A stretch of 58,916 bases of DNA, the filler included, from Sphacelaria rigidula (Eukaryota), in NCBI GenBank assembly GCA_964200075.2. It is 9 parts of 9 records of this genome, joined end to end, with 100 filler letters (N's around TTAATTAATTAA, not from the genome) between each part and the next. Parts side by side here need not be neighbours in the genome. Positions count along the whole stretch, not along the records: positions 45,905 to 52,360 come from CAXNAA020019963.1; positions 52,461 to 58,916 come from CAXNAA020019964.1; 7 more parts are not named here. One strand, given 5' to 3'. The notes under the pieces were generated by a model. That model was not told the origin of the DNA. It saw only the letters and a list, made by a program, of their open reading frames with translations, and ran no database searches. Numbering within the stretch: the stretch's first letter is position 1; the number at the start of each line of letters is the position of its first letter. The position numbers were made by a program, and so were the translations under genes. Below, in pieces: positions 49,801 through 58,916 of this stretch.

Positions 49801-51580
49801 GTCCAACTTCTCCCATCTAGATTTCGTCACCGCAGAAAGTACAACAAGGATGGCAAGCTCAGTCGACTCAAGTCGAGATTGGTGGTGCAAGGATTCTTCA
49901 AGCAAGAAACTGGAGCGAATAAGGCTGCACCTGTAGCCACGCAAGAATCTGTCCGACTTGTGATTGCCCACGCAGCGAAGAGCAAGTTATTTCTAAAGAT
50001 GGTAGACAGTAAAACTGCGTATCTCCAGGCACGAATGGATGGGGATGATCCTCCTGTATTTGTCATTCTACCGGTGGGATTCAAGTTGACTGGCGTGGAG
50101 TCAAAGCAAGTGTGGAAATGAAAAATGTTGGTTGTATGGTCTCCGCTTCGCCCCTCGAGGTTGGCATCAAACGATCGATGCATACTTGATAAGCCAGAGG
50201 ATTTGTAGCAAGCACACCCGACCCATGTTTGTACAACAAGAACGATGAGGAAGTCTTATTACTACTTTATGAGGATAATATCTTGATATCTGGAAAGAAC
50301 AGTCAGGATGTTAAAGGGGTGATATAGGCCTCCTAAAGGACAAGCTTGACAAAGTTCATCTCGATGACGCCAAGATTCTATTAGGAATCGGAATTGAGAG
50401 AGACTTGAACGCGGATATCATCAAGTTATGACATAAAGCTTTTGCGAAAACTCATTTAGATTCGTCTGGTATGGCGGATGCCCGCTCCGCTAAAACCTCG
50501 GCCAAAGTGAAACCCGTATCGATGGTAGATGAACAGACTTTGTTTCCAGAGGACACGAGCTACTACAGGTCTGTAACAGGAGCTTTGCTTTATATCAGCC
50601 GGTGTATACGTCCCGATATCACTCATACGGCACTAACGTTGACGAGAAGCAAAGCTATACCGGGGCCTAGGGTGATGGCCAACCTCAACCGCGCTTTACG
50701 GTGTTTACGAACAACCACGTCGCTTGGGGTTACTTATACCGAGGACTCAGACCACGGTGACAAATTGGTTGCATACGTGGACTCAGACCATGCCGGAGAC
50801 AACGACGAAGGCTATTCGACGATGGGAGCCGCTATGTATTTTTCCGGAGCACCACTTGATTGGAAATCCCAACTGCAAATTGTTGTTGCGATCTCCAGCG
50901 TAAAAGCAGAGTATGTTGCCCTCTCGAGAGTGTGTACGATGATTCAACACCTTAGACACTTGTTGAAAACAGGGAGTCTTGAGCAAGAACGGGCTACTGT
51001 TATTTTTTAGGACAACATAGGAGCTCTAAAACTTTGTCGTTATGACAATGTTGCTTCTAGAACAAAACACGTTGACATGAAGTTTCACTATGTCAGGTCC
51101 TTGGTAAAAGGAAACGTGGTAAATCCCAAGTATATTTCAACATACTTGCAGAAAGCCGACATTTTGACCTAAAGGCTTGGAGCCGTTAAGTTTCCGAGGG
51201 ACAGACTAATGTTCATCGGTGAATGAGTTCGGTTTCTTAATTTTCTAAGCGCTGTGATATTTAGAGGACAGGATGTTGCGTCCGTTCGTCTCGAGAGGAC
51301 ATGCCAAGGCTGTAACAATATTGAGCTAGACTGCACTACCATACGGTACTGTACTGCACTGTTATCTACACGATGTGGAAGGATACGCGGGAGGTTTATA
51401 AGTGTTACAGGCGTTTATGTAACTGTAGTTATCGTTGGTGATTTTAGTCACGGAAATTGCCGGCTGCTCTAATTCACTCCGAACTTTGGACACCCTGCTG
51501 CGCCTGCACTAACTACTGCTGTTGATAAACTGAGCCGCTTTGGGTTATACCGCATGCTCCTCGTGTGAATAGTCCTTTCA
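46900..51580 (+). mobile_element. Ty1/Copia LTR retrotransposon, decayed
   Basis: Order gag, degenerate knuckle, protease (IDCAATAHM), integrase (HRRLG, CHIC, FHTDLWG, FTDDMTR, IRCDGDGE), RT (LKSRLVVQGF, VDSKTAYL), RNase H (YVDSDHAGD, AEYVA, RTKHVDMKFH, QKADILT); many stops and frameshifts. Confidence 0.95.
51395..51580 (+). repeat. Putative LTR, between a purine tract and a PBS
   Basis: Preceded by ggaaggatacgcgggagg, ends ...TTCA, and is followed directly by GGTTATGAGCC. Confidence 0.6.
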
Positions 51581-51591
51581 GGTTATGAGCC
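51581..51591 (+). promoter_or_regulatory. Half-tRNA-iMet primer binding site
   Basis: GGTTATGAGCC is complementary to the initiator tRNA-Met anticodon arm GGCUCAUAACC. Confidence 0.65.
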
Positions 51592-52360
51592 TCGCATATT
51601 CGGAAATCAGTTTTTTGCTGATCAAGTCAATAAGTACTGAGGTGCTCAGTCAGCGCTGACCGAGTAGCTCAGTGGTTAGTGGCTTGATCAACTCAAACCT
51701 AATGTCCGAAGTCCGTCTAGCTGTTGAAGCACGAACTTGGATTTCACGCCAGGGTTACAGCCACTGTAATCAACGCTGCTCACTTACCGGAATGATATCC
51801 ATCGGGAATCCGCAAGGAGGGTTATCGGAGATTTTCCGGCCGTGATCAGTGGGCCAAGAAAATTGTGTTACGGGTGAGAATCGAACTCCGGACTTGAGCT
51901 TGTTTCTTTCTTTTCTGGGGAAGATATCGTATCACCATTAAAGTCTGTATCCTTCACAATGTATGCGAACAATTCGCTTTACCAAGAGGTACATTCCCAA
52001 CTCTGCTCTCGATGCTGTTTTCACTCGTCGTTTTCGAGCATTCAAGTATTTTCTTAGCTGCTGCCATCTGTACCGTTTCCAGCTCCTTCACCAACTTTGG
52101 CGTTCCCCTCCCATACTTCACCTGCATATTCTAGCTTTGGTTCGATCACATTCATCAGAATACGTATCTTAACCCTACTTATAGGTGCGGGTCTCTGAGC
52201 ATCACGTCCATCTTGCCTATCTGTGCCTTAGACACTTTCTACGATACCCCCCCCCCCCTCAAAACCAGCTGAAAGTGTCACGAAAAAAATGGCCATACAG
52301 CGCCTGATGTTTGGGTTCAGGCTGCATGAAGCGCCTGATATTGGCGATATAGGCTAGAAC

Positions 52361-52460
52361 NNNNNNNNNNNNNNNNNNNNNNNNNNNNNNNNNNNNNNNN
52401 NNNNTTAATTAATTAANNNNNNNNNNNNNNNNNNNNNNNNNNNNNNNNNNNNNNNNNNNN
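52361..52460. other. Artificial contig spacer
   Basis: Same spacer. Confidence 0.98.
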
Positions 52461-52900
52461 TCATTTGTTGCTTGCCTTAGTCGTTTGACCATTGACCACG
52501 CATCCCTTTCGAGACGGAGCATGAGGGGGGGGGTGGCGCAGTCATCTCTGTTGCTTGCCGTAGTCATTTCACGATTGACCGCGCACCCCTGTCGAGACGG
52601 ACCAGCGTTATTACTCATAGTAAGACATGTCCAAGATTTGGGTGCTCTTTACATTTCTCCGTTCATTGCACAAGAACATTTCACATAACTTATCCCGTTC
52701 CAGTTTCGCCATCTGTGTCCAACATCTATCTCCTGGTAGAGCGGTCGGTTTTTCGCTCCTGTCTCATGTACCAAACGATTTCATGTCGCCTTCGTTTAGC
52801 TCATGCATTTCCATCTCTGACGCGTCCCGTTTTTCCTCGTACACATCGCGTTCTCCTACTACTGGGGTATACTCTCTACTGCTTTGCCACAGGGACAATC
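52461..52900 (-). mobile_element. Further LINE 3' fragments of the same family
   Basis: EYTPVVGERDVYEEKRDASEMEMHELNEGDMKSFGT parallels 46076-46291; two 3'-UTR copies (52461-52520, ~52548-52630). Confidence 0.72.
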
Positions 52901-53730
52901 CTGTGGAGGCGGAAGGAGGTGGGGGCAGGGGCGGGGTTGATTGCACAAAAGCGAGGACACACAAGTGCGTTACACAACCCTAGAGCAGCCGTTGTGGGTG
53001 AAAACGTGATCGAGTCGTTTGAATATGTGCATTTGTCTTGATGCTGAGGGGGGGAACGTGTTCAAGTGGATATCTCTCCTTGCAGCGACGTTTTGAAGTG
53101 TCTGCTTTTCGCAACAAGTGGTTAGATCCCCCTTCCCACCTCACCCACATCACAAGGCCACCCGTTCGTGCCAACACTCTCGTAGCTTTCCCTCATTCTG
53201 TAGCTTGCCCCTGTATTGTGAGAGGGCAGGAGGCTAGTCATCATTGCTGATGGAGGGACGAAATAACACAATTCTATACCCGACGAGCATGTTGCTCTCG
53301 CTCTATCTCCGCTCGCATTGTAGCGCCGCGTGCCGGGTAGACAGGGATGGTACGACCGGGGTTGATGGGCGAGTAAGAAGTGGTGTTGAACAGCGAGTTT
53401 GAGCGCCCGCTCAGTAAAAACGCGGGGGCCGCGAGCAAGATACCATGCCGATGAAATGCTTTAGGTGGTCAGGCACCGGATGCACTGATCGTGTAGAGTA
53501 GCTGACGCCGGGTACAGGCGGATGCATTCCTGTTTCCCCCTTGCAATCAGTTGCTCGCCGACGTACAGTGTTCTCGACAATTTACGTTTGTGTTTAGATT
53601 CTCACGCACTGTAAGATTTCGTGGGCAGTGCCATCCTTGCATGAGGTAGCTGAGTGTTTGATTTTTCGTGTGACGACTACTGAGGTTTACGTGTGGACAC
53701 TACAGCTGGCAAAGAAGGCTAGCCGCTCAC

Positions 53731-55620
53731 TTTTCTGCATGCTGCTGTTTTTCAATTTTCCCGAGAGCAAACGGCGCACCAGTGCTCCGCAAAAGCTGCT
53801 GGAGATTCCGTCGGACCCTCAGCCGCACCCGCAGATTGTTCTCCACCTCAGACCACCTGTGTATAACATGGTTATGGTACGACGAAGTAACCATGTAGAC
53901 AGTCACATAAGACCCCGTGAGCGCCTCAAAACGTTCGGCCACCTGAGCGTGGACGGGGCTTTGCCTCAAGAAGTATTTAGCTCTCGGATATCGTCAGGCG
54001 CTGCACTTGGATTGTCCTGTGGCACACGGCATTGCATCGCTTCCTGCCTGATACGGGCTTGCGTACTTTCATATAAGATTGAAACGGGATATTAAAAGGG
54101 CGTAACAATATTCTCGAGGTTCAAGGATTGGTAAATACAGAAAACCCGCCATCTTCGTAGAGCTATCTCCATTCCACGAGTCAATAAAGCCAAGCGCAGA
54201 CCACTGGGTGTCAGCACTAACAGTGGATTTCCTCGCGAACCTGAAGTTCCGCCCAGGCTTGCTGAGCTTGTAGGTCCGTGTAGCAAAACAAAATCAACCG
54301 CCGCCGAGCGTTATTTTGCAAGGTTGGTCTGTCCACCACGAAACGTCGCTCACTGAGTGATTTTACGATATGGGTGCACTTTTTAGTCCCGCTGTTTTCT
54401 GAGCCTGCACACTACGGCCCAGATGTTTGTCATCAAGGGGCTCCTCAAGTGCAAAGCCTCAAAACAACATTGTGAACTTGTACCGTAGCATCCCTCTACT
54501 GGGAAATTACAACTGAATGCATATTTTCAAAGCACTTCGGGTGTGGCAATTATGTCGCCCACCTCTTCCGGAGAGCGTGACCCCGGTACGCCGCTTGGAT
54601 GATCGAACACGCGAAGCCTTCAAGGTGAGCTCGCCGTCTTCTCTCCCGTCCGAGCATCATCATGAAGCGGTCGCGCTCTGCCAATAGGCACTCGCCCATT
54701 CTCTCTTTGTCCTGGAGTCAATGTACGCAGTGGCGGTGTTTCTTTGTGCGACACTCCGGACAACAAATACCGTTTTTGTTTTTCCATGTTCCGGCAACGG
54801 ACATAATCGTCGCTCTCATTTCCTCTCCTACGTGGTTGCAGTACGAACTACCCCACGACATCACGCGTAGGACCAGAGGACCGCGACATCCCACACTGCA
54901 ACAAGGCGAACACTAGAGCGCCATCATTATCGCCACCATCGTTCTTGGGCTAGCAGTTCCATGGGAATTATCTCTCGACACCAACCCCTGCATTTTGAAG
55001 TACTCAGGAACATATATACACAGACGGAATCTACGCGGTCGCATTGTGCGATACACGCGGTCGCGACGGCCAACGTGTCGACGGACACCTTCACGTCGTA
55101 TCGTGCTGAAGCATGTGCTCGACACTTTCATTGGTCCGAATACCTATATTTGCTTATTGGTGCCTAAATATCCCACCGCTGTGCAATACCAATGCCTAAA
55201 TATCTCACCGAAACGTTCAAGATACAGGCGACACTTGGACTACTACCTTACTCCCAATCAACAAAGAGATTTTTCTCCTTTCCGGAAATTTGTCTTTGGG
55301 GAAATCCGCGAGACAATGCTGGATCAGTTTTCCAGTCTCCGAAGATGTTTCGACTACAACGACCCGTTGTAGTATCGGAGAATCATTTTGCGCAACGCCG
55401 TCGTGAACAAATGGTTGTCTGTTTTGACTGTTCCGTGGTGCTCTATTTCCTACCAGAGAACGACTCGCCTTCCTGGTTGCGGAAGGGCCTGTCTCCAACG
55501 GGCTTGCATACAGTGGGAGTTTGAGAGGATACTTCATCCTTGCTTCATCTCGACGGCGTTGTACCTCATTATGCGCCTTACCCCCCTTAACGGCACTTAA
55601 TTGCGTATCTTTGGTTGCTT
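53731..55620 (-). CDS. IQ calmodulin-binding motif protein; exons ~55620-55454, 54711-54563, 53856-53731 (partial)
   Basis: In-frame GT-AG joins give ..KASRSL|DKERMGECLLAERDRFMMMLGRERRRRAHLEGFACSIIQAAYRGHALRKR|WSEVENNLRVRLRVRRNLQQLL; IQxxxRGxxxR motif. Confidence 0.65.
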
Positions 55621-57459
55621 CATCCGCAGGAAGAATTGTCCATTTGCAATTCGTTGACGGAACTGCGCCGCCGCGCCCTGCGTATACACGACGCCGAGCA
55701 ACACATTTCGTCCAGCGGAGCGAGTCAAGGATGTCGATCGTATGCAGGTTTGTGAGTGCTCGGAAGGCGCAGTTGGTGGGCGAAGGTTCGGGACAGCCTG
55801 ACGATGCGGGCACCTGTTTCCTCGGCAGCTCGAATTACGGAACCATTTCCTGTTGCTTTCCCCAGGAATGCTACTGCTCTCACATTCCGCCCACGTGTTT
55901 GTACAATCCGTAGCACGATGTGGTTGGGACAGCTACTATTAGAGGGCATCGAATAGTAATGTCGATATTGTAGTACATCGTCCCCGCGTTTCATGGCCTT
56001 TTGTTTGTTTCCTCATACTCTCAACACCTCCCCTTCCTCGCGAAGAGTTCGTGGTCTCCAGGGATCAACCCATCTCTCCCCGGCAAAGAGCAAGCCTTAT
56101 TGCAATTTGGTATCGCGGGTTGGATCATGACGAGCACTCCCACGTGGAACCTGCCAGAATATATATTTTTTTTCAACCCTTTGCTTCCTTTCGTGTGAAA
56201 GCACTTCCTCCTTCGTGATACCCTTTGGTTCGGGTCTCGATGTGTCTCGTCCAGGAGACTCAACCGTGCCTAACTCGTGCGTCGACGACCGCTTCTCCTC
56301 CATCCTTGTCGCCGAACCCAGCCTACACACCGACACACGCTCCTTTGTATCAAAGGCGTGCGTGCCAGCTTTCGACAGCGGTGTCATCTGCCTCCACGCA
56401 CACACCGAATCCCAACATGCCCGCACTCTGAGTGTTGACATATTACACTGTAACACAAGATGTGCCCGTGCTCAGGACGTTGACATATTATATTGCTGTA
56501 TTATGACAAGGGTGGGTGTGCCTGGTGAACACCGTGACGACCCAACTCTACCGCCACACCACGGCCTTGGCCAGGGGTGGCAGCAAGAACAAATCACTCC
56601 TTGAGGCTGAGTCCGGCCCTACACCCGCCGAAATGATCCTCCCCACGCCGTACCGACAAGACCGGTCATGGCCTTCGTTGGAGGACGGGAAACGGCACGG
56701 CACGTTTTCATGTTGTTAACGAAGGAAAACAGATGATTGAAGAAAAAATCAAAACGCATACTGCCTCTGTGCCATAAGTAAAGGTCCTTATGATTGCACG
56801 GACCCCTAGCGTGTGATATTTAATTTTCTATCCTTTTATTGCATTCATCGGCGTTTTTTTAGCTAACACCAACATTCTTTCTACAACGTGGGTGCTTGAC
56901 CCATGCAGCTGCGCGGCCGGGAAAGAGTAGGTCGATCAAAAAACGGTCATGTTTCGCTCGTCTTCCCAGGAAAGCATCATGGTTCCAGGGACACAAAAAG
57001 ACGCGAAAAATGGGCCAGAAAATGTGAAAATTGCGAAACCACCATTGATTTTGGACATGTCCATGATGTTAACCTGCGCACGCCCCATCCAACATTTTGT
57101 TAGCATGTACTTGCTAGTGCTCGACGTGAAAACGTCCAAAATCGGTCAAGGATGGGGTATAAATCGATCAAAAAGGGTCCAAATGGGTATGTTTCGACAT
57201 AATTTTGGTGATGACAACAAGGTTTTCTTCACCAGCTTCGTCTGCGCTTCACCTCTCTGACGAAGCCAACCATAGGATGATAATCAACGTTGAAACACCC
57301 GTAGGATTAAACGCCCGTAAGGACCTTTCCTTATGGCACGGAGGAAGTTTGCCGGGAATCGACCGCATATTCCCCGATCTAGTGAGGTAAGTATAAGCGG
57401 TACTATTGCACACGCGGCCATTTGGCTACCCCAAAAATACTCTGTTCCGGTAAACGTTT

Positions 57460-57772
57460 CGAGCCTTCAAAAGAAGTAAATGCCTTCAGAGGGTGCGCGG
57501 CCCTCAAGAGGGGTGCGCTCGAACGCCTCCAGGGGCTTGTTTTACCTCTGGAGGGCAGCGCACCCTCTGGAGGAACTTGGAGGATGCGCAGCTCTCCAGA
57601 GCACCATCTTTGTTGTTACTCTCGAGGAGTTCAGACCTCAGAAGTTAGTGGAGCATCAGATGCCCTCCAGAGGATTCGTTTTATGACCGGAACTGAGTAT
57701 GAAATACCCTCCAAAGCGTATTTTCATCCTCCGGAGGATCACTTTACCCTCGAGGGGATGAAAACCGCGGTA
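57460..57772. repeat. Cluster of palindromic CCTCYRGAGG-type motifs, probably TE subterminal repeats
   Basis: cctccagagg, cctctggagg, cctccggagg and ccctcgaggg variants recur about 9 times in 300 bp. Confidence 0.5.
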
Positions 57773-58916
57773 GAGGATGTTAATGGGGGTATCGGCATGG
57801 CCGCGTGTGTAGACCACCGTGGCAGCAGCCGCCCGTAGCACAACGAAAACAAAAGAAAACGAATATGCCGGCAATTGAACCATACTTTCTCGGCCCGGCG
57901 GAGTGGGCCGTACCATTAGATTACCGGGGCTGCGGCCGCCTGTAGCGCAACGGGAACGACCGACACCTCTACGTTTAGGTTATTCAATACCGATTTTCAC
58001 GGACTTCAGTCCTCGGATAAAAGTAGGACGTCGAGTGCACCTGCCATGTTGATCACGACATGGCTTCTCATCGCCGTCTTTCTACTCGGCGCTCGTGGTG
58101 CACATGCACTCTTGACTTCCGAAAGAACCACAGTATCGGAGGTTGGTTCACCATCGTGATGGTTCACCGATCATCGTCAAACCGGAAGTGCATAACGGCA
58201 CATGTTCATCCCCAGATCTCTGCTCCGCACACGGGAGGTACCTAGAATGCCTCCACCGTACGATATTCCGTGCATTTTATCTGAGGTAGAGTCACAAGCT
58301 CGCCCCGAAGGGTTTAGCAACCACTGTGAATATCTACGACAGCTACTGACGAGATACGACAAAAATACGTTGAGATCAGAAGTCGTCAGTAAAATAAAGT
58401 ATGATGAAAATTCCGCTTCAAAGCGATTTAAGCCAACTTACCATCGAGGGCCACGAATGATCCGTCCACCGGCGAAGCCGTGTGAGCGACGCCGCTTGAT
58501 TCGCAAGTCTGCATCACTGTCCCCGACATCGTATCAGCAGTAGCCGCGACACCCGTAGCCGTAAACGGCAAAGTGGTTGTGACCACTGACACGACGTCCG
58601 CGCTTGTCAGCCGGTGTGTCCATAGGTATAGCGCCGGACCAAACGACATGCCTTGCGCGATGTTGACAATCTGCTTAGATGATCACGACAGCGGAGGAGG
58701 GCATGCGAGGACGAAAAGTGATCGCCCGAAGATTGTTGTCTCAGGACATTTGAGGCTATTCCAGCGTGTATTTAATGGAATTCGAGGATTGCCGGAGCAG
58801 GGCAAATCCTTCCGAATCGGAAACGGGAAATATTGCAGTGAAATGAACAAGATGGGTAACCACTCCCCCCCCCCAGCCCTCAGTGGCCAAAGAGCCTGGC
58901 TCGCACAAGCGACGAG

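Noticed and set aside
51655..51740. Intact tRNA gene
   Set aside because: D-arm-like start only; no T-arm or acceptor-stem pairing on the same strand
58202..58543. 113-aa ORF as a transposase accessory protein
   Set aside because: No motif that could be supported from the sequence

Overview
Eukaryotic nuclear DNA, intron-rich and dense in transposable elements; the gene structure and repeat types suggest a stramenopile, probably a brown alga (inference). The window is not a contiguous locus. It is nine unrelated contigs of 6458, 6458, 6458, 6458, 6458, 6457, 6457, 6456 and 6456 bp, sorted by length and joined by 100-bp N44-TTAATTAATTAA-N44 spacers, so nothing can be inferred across spacers. 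Partial host genes: a PEX6-like AAA ATPase (contig 5), a GYF_2/RRM Tat-SF1/CUS2-like splicing factor (contig 7), an IQ-motif protein (contig 9) and several unidentified spliced genes. Mobile DNA: a decayed Ty3/Gypsy element lacking its RT core, a decayed Ty1/Copia element followed by an LTR and a half-tRNA-iMet PBS, two non-autonomous hAT-type elements with perfect 8-bp TSDs, a ~100-bp TTAA piggyBac-type MITE family, several other MITEs, 3' fragments of an abundant LINE, and probable relics of a CRE-like non-LTR element, a Ulp1 protease and a SAP/Cys-rich gene. No CRISPR array, rRNA or intact tRNA was found, and no convincing new biological system; the best leads are unusual TE architectures.
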